From Felis catus (taxonomy: Eukaryota), in the NCBI RefSeq assembly GCF_018350175.1, contig NC_058368.1:118980001-119044000 (forward strand): DNA of 64,000 nt, in the 5' to 3' direction. This document shows positions 9,949 to 23,820 of the stretch, one piece after another (position 1 is the first letter of the stretch; each line of letters starts with the position of its first letter). Made by a program: the position numbers and the translations under genes. The notes beneath the pieces are model-generated. The model was given only the letters and a program-made list of their open reading frames with translations. It ran no database searches and was not told where the DNA came from.

Positions 9949-10905
9949 CAGTAGAGAGCTGGCCCAGCTGCATGAGCTTGCAAGAGGCGACTTAAATTTT
10001 CAGGAATTTTTCAGTCACTTGCTCTAGCCAACATTAAAAACTAAACTATTTATAAACTTACAGTTAAATAAAATATTCGAAAAATGAAGGTAACAAATGT
10101 TTAAAACTTCATTTTGTAATTATTTGACTACATTTTGCTACTATGATTTAAAGTTATCTCCCTCTGTTCTTTAAAATGAATGTACTATATAGTGATAGGA
10201 TACAGCATATCTCATCCAACTCTGCATTTGGAAATGTTCTTTTGATAGTTTGCAATCAACCATGGTGGAGTATTTACACTACAGAAATGGGAAAACTACA
10301 AATCAGAGCTCGATTTATTTTGTTGATTGTCTAAACTTAGAAAACTGATAGGAGAAATTTTAATAATAAAGGTTAAATTTTAAAACTGTGTTGGTGAAAA
10401 ATGCAAAAAATTAAAGAAATATTTTTCTAGCAGTTGAAAACTGTTACCTGATCAACAAAGTAGTCTCTCCCATCGTGGACAAATGAGTATTGTCCCCATA
10501 CACATCTTTGTTGTTTCTCTTTCATTTTGCTTGTTAATGTAAAAAACATCAACCGGCATTCATGTTTGAGCTTCAGTGTCTGGAATGACTTCTTTGTTGA
10601 ACTGGATTTTAATAAAATATTTATTTACGGTCTGCTTTTGCCAAACATGGTTGAATTCCAACTGTGGGTTGACAATGGCTGCGAGAGTTTGGCAAAAGTC
10701 ACTGAAATCATTCTGTGAAAATCAGTGGGCAATATAGAATTTATGATAAAGAGTGTTACCTCTTTTTTTTTTTTTTTTTTGGTAAATTGTGTGTTACACA
10801 TCTTTTCTATCAGCAAAATGTGTAATGTATAGACACATAGATACGCCCATACTCCCTCCCGCCCCTTGCCTGGATAGCAGTTGTTAAACATTTATCCGTG
10901 TGCGA
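9949..10905 (+). mobile_element. MER63 (hAT-Blackjack non-autonomous DNA transposon), near full length
   Basis: 5' cagt..gctgg...ttaaattttcaggaattt; internal ccatggtggagtatttacactacagaaat...ctacaaatcagagc; 3' gcagttgttaaacattta. These match the recalled MER63 consensus. Confidence 0.75.
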
Positions 10906-12399
10906 ACAGACATAGTTTACTATTTGTAAAGATCACTCTGCAATGTGGAGCCTGGGTGGTAGGAGCTCAGAGAGGAGGCAGGGAGAACAGTGAGGAGGCA
11001 GGTGCATAGGTCCAGAGAAAGAGGGAGATTCGTACTGGGTGGTGACAGTGGAGGTGAGAAGCTAGGATCCATTGGATAGCCGGAGCGTTTTGGAGGCCAA
11101 AGGCAGGCAAACCAGTCATTCAGTAGCTCTATGGAAGGCCTGCCCCCTGCCCTGTTAAAGGAAGGCCATGTGGTGAAGACTAGGAAGCCTCAAGGGTTGA
11201 AGGAAGGGAGTACATAGAAAGCCGTACCTGAGAAACGGAGCTGGGTGCTGGGTGTAGAAGGAGGAAAGGAAAGAGAGGCAGTTCCAGCGTTTAAGTAAAT
11301 ATCTTTGAAGCACATAGAGAAAGTTAGGCTTGATTACCTTACAGCAGGAGTGGGGAGGGGAAACCCCAAAAGACAGTAACATGTCATAACTGGAACTCAC
11401 AGACTCAGAAGTTTTCTTACTTATCTAGACATTATATGAAGATTTTTGCCTACATAGTGGGATTATTTGTTCATCCCAATGCCTTGATCCTATCCCAGTG
11501 TTCGGTAGACTTTTTTTTTTTCTTAGCATATGTCCATTTTAATTACAAAACTCTCACCCAGTAATCCTGTGCTGCACAGATAGTGCTGCCTCTTTTATGC
11601 TTCTGATGACCTTGTTCTCAGTTTTTCTTTGTTATATCGTAAATAAGGACATGACCATAAGGCACCCTGCTGTATTGCCTGCGAGGGAACAGTAAGCTTC
11701 TGGCTACCACCGCTCTCCCTGCTGCTTCCTTTGCAACAGACAACCTATACTCCACATTACAGGTTGTATGTTTTGGTTATAGCATTTTACAAGAGAGGTT
11801 ATTAAATTTTATGGAATTTCTAAAATGGTAAATGTTTTCGCAAAAGAATGGACTCCCTCTTCCCATTCACCAACCCTGTTGACCAGAGAAAGGAAAAATT
11901 CTCAACAGCTACCGACGACTGACACTTTGAGGCTTCAATTTGGACATAGCGATTTGGTTTCCTTTGGGTCTTCCCTATCTACCTGTGTTATTGATGGTTT
12001 CAATTCATGGAATCATTGTTAATAGAAGGGACTTTCTGAACTCATTTTCTTTCCCATTCATTCTTTTCTTCAGCAAAATACAATTCCATCAACAAAATAG
12101 CAACTACTACATATTAGGCCCCAGTATAAGGCAAGAGGGATATAAAAACCATTAAGTACAATATTTACTTTGGAGGAAATGGAGACAGATACAGTAATAA
12201 GTCATTCTCAAACAATGCAGACTTGTGTGAGCAATGTAGAAATGTGTGATACATGCATAAAGTACTACATATGCACCAAGAAGTCATCTGGGTGTTTAAG
12301 AATAGGGAGGTAGATGTGGACGTGGAGATGGTAATCGCAGTGCTTTGGAGTAAGCATGACTGATTTGAATTATGAAGGGTCTCTTCCAGGTAATTTGGT

Positions 12400-12880
12400 T
12401 ATTTCTGATAGAAGCAATACTTACAAAGAAAGCTTGTCATTAGTGTTCTAGCATGGGGTTTTGGTGCATTTAAAAGAAACCCAAATGTGAAAGCAAAAAG
12501 GAAGTTCATTGATTTACTTAAAAATCTAGAGGTTGTCAGGTTCAGGCATGGCTGGATCCAGGGGCTCAAATGATGTCAAAGGGTTTGGACTCTCTCTTAG
12601 CTTTCCTTTCCTGATTGGGCTTTATTCCTGAGAAGGCTATCTCCACCTGATAGCCTACAGAACCTTGATTTAAAACTTCCTACCAGCTTAGTAACTTCAA
12701 TAGAAAGATAATTCTTCTTTTCTACAAATTTTTGTGCATGCTTCTGGGAGGGCCTTCATTAGCGTAGTTTGGTCACATGCTCATCCCTGCACCAATCACT
12801 ATGACCAAGTGATGTAAGGGATGTATATAGTCTGATCAGCAAAACCTAGGTGGCGTTCTCACTACTGACATTTAAGAGTG
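12400..12880. mobile_element. Old MaLR (MLT1-type) LTR fragment
   Basis: ttcaggcatggctggatccaggggctcaaatgatgtca and ttggtcacatgctcatccctgcaccaatcact are typical MLT1 motifs. Confidence 0.6.
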
Positions 12881-14049
12881 GGGTAAAAGGAGAGAGAAAG
12901 AGAGAGAAGAGATGCTCACTACAGTAGCTATTTATCAAAATATTACCAGTGATATAAACATCATATTTTATACTTTAAGGGAGTTAGTAGTGACTAAAAT
13001 GTTTGTCAGCAATGGAAAGAACTCTGAAAGTTAGGCATAGCTGTTACGGGTCTTACTGATTTCCCTTCCTGACTTTAACAGAAAGAGAGAATGCAGATTT
13101 GTACTTTAAAATTTTTAAGTAGTACACACATGGATTGACTATTGCTTTACAGAAATAGTACTTCTACTTAATTGGGCCCTTTTCAGGTGATATAGTGATG
13201 TTTACAACTTTGAAGCTCGTTTCATAATCTTTTGCAGAAGGAGTTTGTCTTGCCTGACGATGATTCTAACAAACACGATAGCATAGAGAAGGCTGCTGGG
13301 AGCCTCTGCCTACTTATTTTGCTACTTCTATCTTGACAATCTGAATGTCACGCAAATGTCTCCAGCCTGGGCACTGGGCAGGCAGGAAGCCAGAACCAGT
13401 AATAGAAGCAGGAGGCACTCTGTGAATACTTGCTGATTAATTTTAGCTCCATAGGCCTGATGGGTTTTCCATCCCTATAATTACCATCAGCAAATAGTTG
13501 TTGAATGATGTCCAGCATATTTTTATTCCTCTTTCCTTGGTCCTGATTTTCATTTTCTATTTCACCTCTCTGTGATTTCATCCCATGTGCTTCTGTTCAT
13601 CACACCAACAGAGCCTCTTTGATCAGTTTCTAATTGCTTAATTGTATTCCATCTATGAGATATCTCTACCTATCTAAATTTATTTTTTTATGAAATAATA
13701 ATAAGTTCTCTCTGGAACTAGTGAGGGGATAAACTGTGAAAAAAATGGGTTACTAAATGAATATTCTGGTAGTATGTTTCATACATGCTTTATAAGTCAG
13801 GGTTTTTTCATTATATTATTAGAAATAATGCCTAATACGGCTATATGTCCTGACTAGGTCACTCTATAGAGCAAATGGAGAACAGTGAGGAGTGAGGGTA
13901 TAAGCTTTGAATATGACAAGGGGGAAAGATTTTACAGAAGGAAGATCAGGGGCTTCCAAGAAAACTGGTTATCACTGTGTAGATAGCATTAGAAGATTGA
14001 AACATATCTTTAGATAGATATTACTTCTGTCTTAAAAAACACTTTAAAA

Positions 14050-14500
14050 TAATCCATGCTAAAATATACATGCTTATTTTAAAAATCCAACCATTAAATG
14101 AGAGTAATGCATAAAGTCAAAAGCGAAACCCCCCTCCCCCACACCATCCCATTTTGCAGATACAACTATTTTTGAGTCGGTGTGCATCCTTTTAGAACTT
14201 TTTGTCTATGCATGTATACACACACTATTTTTAAAGTGGGATTTTACTATGCATATTTCTCAATTTTATTCATCAAATGTTTTTGGACATCTTTCCATGT
14301 CATTATTTTCGGGTAATAGCAGCATAGGTATCTATTGTTGGCTATATTATAATTTATTTAAACTTTTCCTTGTTGATGAATATTTGTTTCCAGTTTCTCA
14401 CTATTGGAAGCCATGCTGCAATGAACATCCTTGTGGCTATATCTTTGCACCATTGTGCATGTATTTCTGTAGTATAGAATTAAAATTACTCAGGCAAATG
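14050..14500 (-). mobile_element. Ancient L1 3' fragment
   Basis: ttgtttccagttt...gctgcaatgaacatccttgt...tatatctttgcac is an L1M 3' region motif in antisense. Confidence 0.6.
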
Positions 14501-15324
14501 TAATTGATAACAAATCAACAAGTACCCAAATGTGCCACATTAGTGGGCTTATTGAAAACATGCTTGTCCATTACCAGCTCATTTTCTACTTTCATATTCC
14601 TTTAGGCATTCTAGAAAAATTCAATTAGAGGAAGAGTCATGGATACCTGTGCCAAGCAGGCTTCTACCTGAAGACCCTCACGTGTTGCTTAGGGACCCAA
14701 TTTTGCTAATCCATCCTTATGCTAACTGTATTATAACTTCAAGAGGATTGGTTTATATATGAACTGGGAAGAGTCACCTGAAAGGGATCATTTAGGGATA
14801 CCACAATGATTGTGATGACCAACCTCCATTTTCTGTGAATGTCTTCTATGTCCTCTATGAGGACCAGATGGTGCGTAGATATTGTTTTGCCCGCCATGCA
14901 TCTACTCTCCACATATGGTACTAGAACTTCAATTTTTCTTTGGAAAACTATCCTTTCCCCAACTTCAGTCCATATATTTGTGGTGGGATTAGCCCCATCC
15001 CAAACTCTATGGATGGGTTGGGCCTGTCCTATCAGAGACTAAGTTTAGAGATGGGTAATTAACAGGCAAAAATGAGTCTTCCTTTTAGGTCCTCTGGGAC
15101 TATTCAGAAACATGCCCTTTTCAAACTGATAAAATGCAAGCTTGGAGAACTGTACTGTACCACTTAGAACTTCCAATGCAGTGAGGGTGGTAAAAAAAAA
15201 AAGGGGGGTGGTGGGGTGGGGGAACCAAAGAGATCTGGAAATAGATTCCCAATAATAAAATTTGGATGTCCAGATCCTGAGACTAGGGCTACCCCTAGAC
15301 TTCAACATTACAGATTCTGATAAA

Positions 15325-15570
15325 TTCCTCCTCTCCCTTCTCACCCTCCCCATTCTTCTGTTTCCTTTTTTCTTCTTTTCCCCTCCCCTCACCACTACTA
15401 CTTCTCCTCTCTCTGCCTCCTCCTCCTCCTCCTCCTCCTCTTCCTCCTCCACCTCTTCCTCCTTCTTCTTTTTCCTTCTCCTTCTTCTTCCTCTTCTTCC
15501 TCTTCCACCTTTTCCCCTTCCTCTGCTTCTTCTTCTCTTTCTCCTTCTACTTCTTTTCCTCCTTCTTCAC
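15325..15570. repeat. Polypyrimidine (TCC)n/(TTC)n low-complexity tract
   Basis: Read directly; about 240 bp of almost pure C/T. Confidence 0.9.
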
Positions 15571-16679
15571 CTCAGCCGGTTGGAATGACCTCTTTAACAC
15601 TTGGATCTGAAATGATCCTGACATAAAAATTCAAGGTCTAAAACATGGGTGCTGCTCCTTCTGAAACAAAGACACAGGATAAGGTTACAGGGCATCTAGG
15701 GTGACCCTAAAAGAGAAGGGGAGGCCAGAGAGAGAAGCCAGTTGGATGTCTAAAAATAAACTTTACCTTCTTCAAGAGTTTGGCTACAGCTTCCTGTTAA
15801 TGATTAACTAGGTGAGATGGCCAAACTGTTTCTTTAAAATGTATGTACATAAGTGAGACTATCAACCTCAGTTCATTCTGCCTCAAATTTTCATTTTCAA
15901 TTAATATAGAAATTGCTACTCTATTTTAGGCTATGCTTTAAAAGAAAAAAAAAAAACCTCAGTTAATACTCCAAAAGAAATGTTTTACTTAGTTCCTCTT
16001 TAGGACAGCCTAAATTATTACTCTGCTTTCCATATCAATGCAGACTTATATTTTATTGCTTTATTTATAGTAGACTTGATAATATATTAACTTAAATACA
16101 GTTTCTGTAACTACGGTCTAGTGAAGTATGTACTAAATATTTTAACGTCTTCTTATTTGTTTTGGATACTCAAAGCAGATAGCTGAAGAAAAAACTCTGC
16201 TAATATAAAAATATCAATCCCTTAGTTGAATTACATCCACAACGCTTAACACAAATATTGCTAATGTTTTACATATATAAGCTTTACACTCCTCTTTCGT
16301 CCATTTCAGGGAAATAAGGCATGAATAGGAATATCATTAATTTGATTCAGTAAGCATTTATTTAGTTATTAATAGCTCCAGCTCAGTCTGAAATAGACTT
16401 GAGACCCTACCTCTTGGTAGACATGTGTCTTCAGGCAAGTTACTTAACCTCTCTGAATCTCAATTTCTTTATCTGAAAAATAAAGGTAATAATAGTATTT
16501 GCTTTGTACAGATAATAAACTACTCTAAAAACCCATAAACTCTGACATTTCATAAGCGCTGTTATATTACATGATTATTGTCACTAAACCCTGTTCTAGG
16601 AACTGGCAATGTAAGGAAACCAACAAATCACAATCTCTGCAGAAAGTGAAAAGGACAGGTAGGCATATCCCAATTAGAC

Positions 16680-16680
<1 letters not shown>

Positions 16681-16722
<42 letters not shown>
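16681..16722. repeat. (CA)n microsatellite
   Basis: Read directly. Confidence 0.95.
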
Positions 16723-16724
<2 letters not shown>

Positions 16725-17635
16725 CAGTAGGTTCCTTTAAACTAAACCACTTTCCTCTTTATATGATTAATTGCAAAGTGAGACTCACTGAGCACCTGCT
16801 GGGGTTTTTGTAAAAGAAATTCAGCCACTACCTGGACATTTTCACTATATGATTTATCAGGATCCCCACAGCTCTGGGGTCCTCTAATTCTATAAACCAC
16901 ACAAGTTACATATCCCTGTGGGATCTGATCGTTATGAAACCCAAGAGAACCATAGATTTTCCATATCCAACTGAACATGCTCAAATAAAGAAAGACATTT
17001 AAAAGCGAGGAGGTTGATCTCATGCTCTTTAACCAGCAAAATTCTATAGCCAAAAGAATGAAAAGCACAAAGAAATGGAATGATTTGTCTGTAGTGTGAC
17101 TGACTTGCCAAGGAACCAAAATGAACATGCAAGCTTTCCTAACTCCTAGCTGAGTTCTCTACACACTAAACACAGTGATATATTAATCTTCACATGTCAA
17201 TATTGACTTTTTATGAATTTATTGCTGGTGATGTGTCAACCCACAAATTCATTTGTTTACTTACATCCATGCCGTCAAAAACCCTTTCACTTCGCCATCA
17301 ATGTTTGTATAACATAGTAAGACAAAGCACAGAGCGAGGCAGCGGAAGACTGGGTTTTGATTTTGGCTTTGGGACTCTTTCCTGCTCCACACCCCCACTA
17401 CCAGGGATACAAGTGACTAGCCACCTGATGTTGGCTTTTGCAGCCTCTGAGGGGAGAGAGCCAAGTGCCCTCAAAGTCCTCATAGTATTCCTAACACTCT
17501 TACTGGGGCTGGGCCAACAACAGGGGTTCAGAAGGGTGTGTGTGTTCGTTTTGTTCAACTGAGAATGTGCTTCAAGTAGCTTTTCTGAATTACAACATTA
17601 ATGGGCCTCATCCTTCATTATCATCCATCTAGAAG

Positions 17636-17880
17636 CAGCATAGTGGTTAAGGGTACCAGCTCTGGAGCCAAATTGCCTAGGTTTGAATCTGGTTCTCCAC
17701 TTGTTACCTATGTGACCTTGATAAACTTCTTAACCTCTGTGTGCCTCAGAGTCCTTACCTGTAACCTGAGGGAAGACAATAGTACCAGCCTCAGGAATGT
17801 TGTGAAGACTGAGTTTTTATATATAAAGCGCTGAGAACATAGCCTGGTGATGATAAGCAATAAATACGTGCTAGTTGTTT
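17636..17880 (+). mobile_element. MIR SINE, near full length
   Basis: gcagcatagtggttaag...tctggagcc...ctaggtttgaatctggttctccactt...tgtgaccttg...gttgtgaagact. Confidence 0.85.
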
Positions 17881-17929
17881 GTCTTGTTTTTGTGGATCAT
17901 TCATTTGCTCATAGGATAATCTTTGTGGT

Positions 17930-18148
17930 TTTTTTTCATTTTTTTAAATGTTTATTTATTTTTGAGAGACAGAGAGAGTGAGCATGAGCAGGGGAGGGCA
18001 GAGAAAGAGGGATACACAGAATGTGAAGCAGGCTCCAGGTTCTGAGCTGTCAGCACAGAGTCCGACGCAGGGCTCGAACTCACAAACTGCGGGATCATGA
18101 CCCAAGCCGAAGTCGGACGCTCAACGGAGTGAGTCACCCAGGTGCCCC
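17930..18148 (-). mobile_element. Felid-type Can-SINE
   Basis: Antisense head (ccaggtgcccc), (GA)n and poly-T. TSD ctcataggata(a/t)tct on both sides. Confidence 0.92.
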
Positions 18149-19222
18149 ACTCATAGGATATTCTGAAGTAGACTTTAGGTATGATATGGACTTAGTAAAA
18201 GGTACATGCGTTGTATGCAACACAGTCACAGACAGGACCAACTGGGAGCCAGTGGTTGAAGTGGTATTCGTTGCTTGGTCCATTCTCCTCCTTGGTTAGA
18301 CTACAAATAGCTTGTTTTTCCTACCCACCACCCCCCCACTTATCTTTACTAGTATCCAGGTGTCCCTTACTTTTCCTAGCTCTTCCTTCCAAGTATGACA
18401 TCTCACCCAGTCTTCCCTGCTTTGACCCTTCCTGGTGTTTTATTTGGGCATCCTTTATAATGTTGTTTCCAATGGAGTTGTCCATGAAATCATTTGGTAA
18501 TTCATTTAAAGTACAGATAACTGGGCACCACCTCAAACCTACTGAACCAATCTCTAAATGGAGAGCCCAGGGATCTATCTTTATTTTAGTCTTTAGTTGA
18601 CAGGTAACATGGTATGTTTTTCAAGAAAACAACCAAGGAGCCGGGCTGCCTAGGCTACTTGCTAATTGTATGACTTTGGGCAAATTATTTAATTATTTGT
18701 CTTACTATCTTTAACTGTAAAGTGGGGATTATAAGAATACTTGTAAGGTTGCTATGAGAATGCATGAGATAATGCCTCTTAAAACAATGTACGGAACTTT
18801 ATAAACATTTAGTAAATGTTAGCTGTCTCTTTTCTCTTTCTCTTTTACTGTCTCTTCTCTCTTACCTTCCCACCCATCTTCCCTTCTTTGATTATTGCCT
18901 TCTTTCCTTCCAACAAACACACATTGGTCATCTACTCAGGGCATGACTTTGGGGACCTAGAGATGAATTAGATGTGATTCTAGTCCTTGATGGGGTTATA
19001 GTCTAATGGGGGAAATAGACACATAAACAAATAAATATAATTAAGTGTTCCAGGTGCTCCAACAGATATATTTACAGAATATAAAATATTTACAGAGTTA
19101 TTTTCTTAGAAAGGAGAAAAGGTTGAGGAGAGGCTCCAAACAAGTGACTTTGGCATTCAGAGTTGGAACAGAGATAAAATTAATCTATTCCGTGCAACAA
19201 CCATTTTCAAAAGTACCTACTA

Positions 19223-19413
19223 GGGGCACCTGGGTGGCTCAGTCGGTTAAGCGTCCGACTTCGGCTCAGGTCATGTTCTCGCAGTCCTTGAGTTCAAGCC
19301 CCGCGTCGGACTCTGTGCTGACAGCTCAGAGCCTGGAGCCTGCTTCGGATACTGTGTCTCCCTCTCTCTCTGCCCCTCCTCCGGGGCTCTCAAAAATAAA
19401 CGTTAAAAAAAAA
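19223..19413 (+). mobile_element. Felid-type Can-SINE
   Basis: ggggcacctgggtggctcagtcggttaagcgtccgacttcggctcaggtcatg. Perfect TSD aaaagtacctacta. Confidence 0.95.
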
Positions 19414-19496
19414 GTACCTACTACATACCAAGCAGAGGTCACAGTGCCTTTTTGAAAGTGTCTTCCCTTAGAGAATTAACTTGATGTTTTAAAGTT

Positions 19497-21200
19497 ATTA
19501 ACTCAGCACAGCAAAATAATCTTTAAAAAGAGTAAATTCGGAGGGCTCACAATTCCTGATTTCGAAACTTACCACAAAGCTATCGTAATCAAGATAGTGT
19601 GGTACTGGTATAAATCTAGACATATAGGTCAATGGAAAAGAACTGAAAGTCCAGAAACCCACATGTCTGTTGTCAATGCATTTCTGCCAAGAATGTCAAG
19701 ACTATTCAATGAAGAAAGAATAATCTTTCCAACAAATGGTGCTGGGGCAACTGGATGGTCGTATGCAGAAAAATGAAGTGGGACTATTAACTCACACCAC
19801 ATACAAAAATGAACTCAAAATGGATCAAAGACTTAAATGTAACATCTAAAACGGTAACACCCTCAGAAGAAAACATAGGTGTACATCTCTGTAACCTTGG
19901 ATTAGGTAATGGTTTCTTAGGTATGACACCAAAAGCACAACCAAACAAGGAAAAAGTTGACAACCTGGACTACACCAAAATCAACATCTTTTCTGCTTCA
20001 CAGGACATTATGAAGAAAATGAAAAGACAACTCACAGAATGGGAGAAATACTTGCAAATCATAAGGTAGATCCAGAATATATAATGAACTTGTGCTGCTC
20101 AATAATAAAAGGACAACCATATGCTTTAAAAATGGGCAAATGAAAAAAAAATGGGCAAATGACTTGAATAGTTTTCTAAAGAAGACATGCAAATGGCCAA
20201 TAAACACATGAAAAGATGCCCAACATCATTTGTCACTAGGGAAATGCAAGCAAAAAACACATGAGATATCACTTCATACTCACTAAGATAGCTATAACTT
20301 AAAAAATGGGAAAAAAATAAGTGTAGGTAAGAATGTAGAGAAACTGGAATTCTCATATATTGCTGATGAGATTGTAAAATGGTGCAACCACCAGAGTTCC
20401 TCAAAGAGTTAAACACAGAGCTGGCAATTCTACTCCTAAGTGTCTATTGAGGAGAAACAAAGAAATTTACTTATCCACAGGAAAAACTTATACATGCATG
20501 TCCTTAACAGTATTATTCTTAATAGCCTAAAAATAGAAATGACCTAAATGTTCATCAGCTAATGAATGTATGAACAAAAGCATATCCGTACAAAAGAATA
20601 CTATCCAGCCATAAAAAAGAATGAAGTACTAATTGATACAAGCTACAACACATATCAATCACATTATTTCAGTAAAAGAAGAGAGACACACGGGGAGCCT
20701 GGGTGGCTCAGTCGGTTGAGCGTCCGACTTCAGCTCAGGTCATGGTCTCGCAGTCTGTGAGTTCGAGCCCCACTTCCAGCTCTGTGCTGACGGCTCAGAA
20801 CCTGGATCCTGCTTCTGATTCTGTCTCCCTCTCTCTCTGCCCCTCCCCTGCTCATGCTCTGTCTCTCTCTCTCTGTCAAAAATAAGTAAACATTAAAAAA
20901 AAATTTAAAAGAAGACAGACACAAAAGGTCACATGTTACATAATTCCATTTGTATTAAATGTCCAGAATAGTCAAATCCATGAAAATAGAAAGTTGATTA
21001 GTGGTTGCCTGGGAATTTGGGAAAGAGGGAGTGGGGAGTGACTGCTAACAGGTACAGAGTTTATTGCTGGAGTGATGGAAAAGCTCTGGAATTAGGTAGT
21101 GGGATGTACAAAACTCAGAATACACTAAAACCCAGTGAATTGTATTTTTCTTTAATGGTGAAGTGTATATCATATGAATTTGATATCAATAGCAATAATA
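19497..21200 (+). mobile_element. 5'-truncated decayed L1 (ORF2 C-terminal part plus 3' UTR), interrupted by a Can-SINE
   Basis: Remnant peptide NSKWIKDLNV...EENIG...LGLGNGFLGMTPKAQ...KKMKRQLTEWEK; also acttaccacaaagct...tgtggtactgg and ttccaacaaatggtgctgg. Confidence 0.9.
20692..20910 (+). mobile_element. Can-SINE nested in L1
   Basis: ggggagcctgggtggctcagtcggttgagc. TSD aaaagaaga(g/c)agacac. Confidence 0.92.
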
Positions 21201-22549
21201 AAAACAGAAAAAGTTATTAAGGCCAGCATACGCTTTCTGTTTTGTTTGGAATGTTGATACATTGTGACAATTCAGCTGACATAAGCAAGCGCAACAGTTA
21301 GGCCATTGCTATTTGTTTTGTAAAGATATATATGTTCCACTGGAGGTGGGAAGTTAAAGTTCATCCAGATTATGATCAAGAGTACGCAGGGGCCAAGGGA
21401 AGGCTGAGTTTAAAGGATCTGCTTGTCGAGACTTCTTTGACTAACTTCTAAACTCCTGTACGATAACTCGTGTTCAAAGCAGCACTTTGAAAAAACAACT
21501 TTGATTAAAACTTTATGGTACACTAATTATTGGGTCAAGCCTTGTCTCAGAGGTACAAGTGAGACATGCCTGGATATGTGCAAGCTCTGTGGCTCACTAT
21601 ACAGCTGTTAATCTGGGGCTAACCCCGGGGGCTCTGGTACACTCATTCATCCTCTCAACCTGTCTCTCTGCAAGACCGCACCAACTGTATCCGCTCTCTG
21701 TTCCTCACATGTGCTTTCACTTTTCTCATTCTTTGGGCAGAGCATCCATGTAAGTGGATGTAAGATTTGATTTGCTCTTGGGAATATAATTCACAGCTCA
21801 TATGGACTTAGTCTTGTCTATTCACGCAGATCCTTCATTCATTTCTGTCTGCTTTTTTAAAGGAGTTCAAATGCGAATTCCCTCTCCTCAGTGAAGTCCC
21901 GAGCATACCTAGGCAACTGTAATATTTCCAGTCCTTGAGGTGGAGCCCTGGTGTACACATGTAGGAGGAGGGTAGGATTTTTATTACTTAATGTGACAAA
22001 CTGTTTTTACTGATGATTGCATCCCAGATATGGCTTTTTTCCCCCCTCTCTCCGATGGAGATACAAATAAGGATTCCGAAGCAGTTTTCAGTCTTACTAG
22101 GCGGGGTTAATCTATCATGTTGGGGACTCCCTGGTGGTGGGGTGGGACCAAGGGAATTACCCTTGGAGTTTAATTATGAAATTCGCATAAAATGGATGCA
22201 AAGTCATCTAAAGACACAGAAAGGCAGGTAAGATGAGACACAGAGGCAAAAGGGAGTTGCTAAAGCAAACCTCAGCAGTATTTCCTCCAGCCCCATCCAT
22301 AGATAACAGGATTTGGGAATTCCTGTCCCAGCAGATAGGCCACCTCCTGGGGTGGAGGTGGATAGAGTGTTGTAAACCCAGGACTTCGGCTGAGGACTTG
22401 CTGGCAATGCCTTTCTTAAGGGAGATGAATTTCTCAGGCCATGTGAGCCTGATGACCGTAAAATTGGATTTCCCTGCCTTCCTTTCCCCCACGGATTCGA
22501 TATTCACTGGCAACTTTCCGAACATGTCTGCCTTCCACGGGACACCATG

Positions 22550-22775
22550 CTGTAGTGGTTAAGTGCCCAGGCTCTGGTTCACACCACGTGGGTTCAGCTC
22601 CCATCTCTCACACTTACTCGCTTTGTCATCTTACAAGTTACAGAATCTCTGACTTTCTCTGTGAAGGGGGCTTAACCACAGTTTCTACCAAACAGGCCTC
22701 TTGTGAGGATGAAACTAGGTAATCATATAAAGGGCTTTGCACCATGCCTGGCACATTGTTAATAAATGCTAACTA
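22550..22775 (+). mobile_element. MIR SINE
   Basis: tgtagtggttaag...ggctctgg...gggttcagctccc...ttgtgaggatgaaa...tgcctggcacat...aataaatgcta. Confidence 0.75.
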
Positions 22776-23326
22776 ACCACTGTGATTGCTGTTATGTTAC
22801 TCAAATGTAGTCAGGTCTATGGGGAGTGAATAGGCTGCTTTGTTTTTCATTGATGGTTACTTAGCTGGGCTTCTGGCTTAGTATGTTAATCACATGGATT
22901 TAGTGTTAGTGATTCAGATGGGAAGAGAAGGGTGAGGGACTGAGATTCAGGGTTCTGATCCTGCCTGAGGATTGGAGCTAAAGCTGTGGCAACATGATGC
23001 CATGTTGTGAAACCCCTTGGGGCCAGCCTGCCAGTCTTGCCTTGAAGTTACCAACTTGATCGGGAGCTTGCTTAGGAAATTCACAGAAGAATATTTAAAT
23101 GGGGTCCGTGGTTCACATGGTGATTGAAAGCTGAAACACTCATCCAATGGGCACTGGGTTTATATATATCAGGCTAAACATCTTTCTAAAACCTTCTGAA
23201 GCCTTCCCTCCTGCTCTGAGGATAAAAGCTACGCTTCACACTAGGGTCCACAAGGTCCTTCCCGTCTGACAATTTCTGTCGTCCAACCACTTGGTATAAC
23301 CCTCCCTTGCTCCCCATGCTCTAGTC

Positions 23327-23480
23327 CAGGGGTGGGCAAACTACAGCAAAGTTTTGTGAAGTTTCATTGGAAAACAGCACACACATTTGTTTACATATTG
23401 TCTAAGGCTTCCTTCACGCTGCAATGGCAGAGTTGGGGGAGGTTGAGACAGACATCATATGGCCCACAATGTCCAATGGT
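23327..23480 (+). mobile_element. MER58A-like hAT-Charlie element
   Basis: caggggtgggcaaactac...cattggaaaacagc...ttgtttacatattgtcta...ggcagagttg...tatggcccacaa. Confidence 0.75.
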
Positions 23481-23587
23481 AACGCCTAATTGCACTGCAC
23501 TTGGAAAATGAGGTCTACTTGTGCTTCCACGATGAAGAAATGATTTTGTTTGTCAGCTAACAATTCTTGCCATAAGAACAAATGTAT

Positions 23588-23820
23588 GGCGGCACCTGGG
23601 TGGCTCAGTCAGTTAAATGTCTGACTTCAGCTCAGGTCATGATCTCGTGGTTCGTGAGTTTGAGCTCTGCGTTGGGCTCTGTGCTGACAGCTTAGAGGCT
23701 GCAGCCTGCGTTGGATTCTGTGTCTCCCTCTCTTGCTGCCCCTCTCCCTCTCACGCACTCTCTCTCTCTCAAAAATAAATAAACATTTAAAAAAATTAAA
23801 AACAAAACAAACAAACACCC
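23588..23820 (+). mobile_element. Can-SINE
   Basis: Head, (CT)n and A-rich tail. TSD acaaat(g/c)tatg. Confidence 0.9.

Noticed and set aside
15045..15588. Poly-E, poly-S and poly-L ORFs
   Set aside because: Translations of a simple repeat.
19223..19300. tRNA-like A/B boxes at SINE heads
   Set aside because: They are part of tRNA-derived Can-SINEs, not tRNA genes.
19497..21200. L1 ORF2 as an active gene (also 30670-31245 and 53060-56900)
   Set aside because: Truncated, with many stops, frameshifts and nested SINEs.
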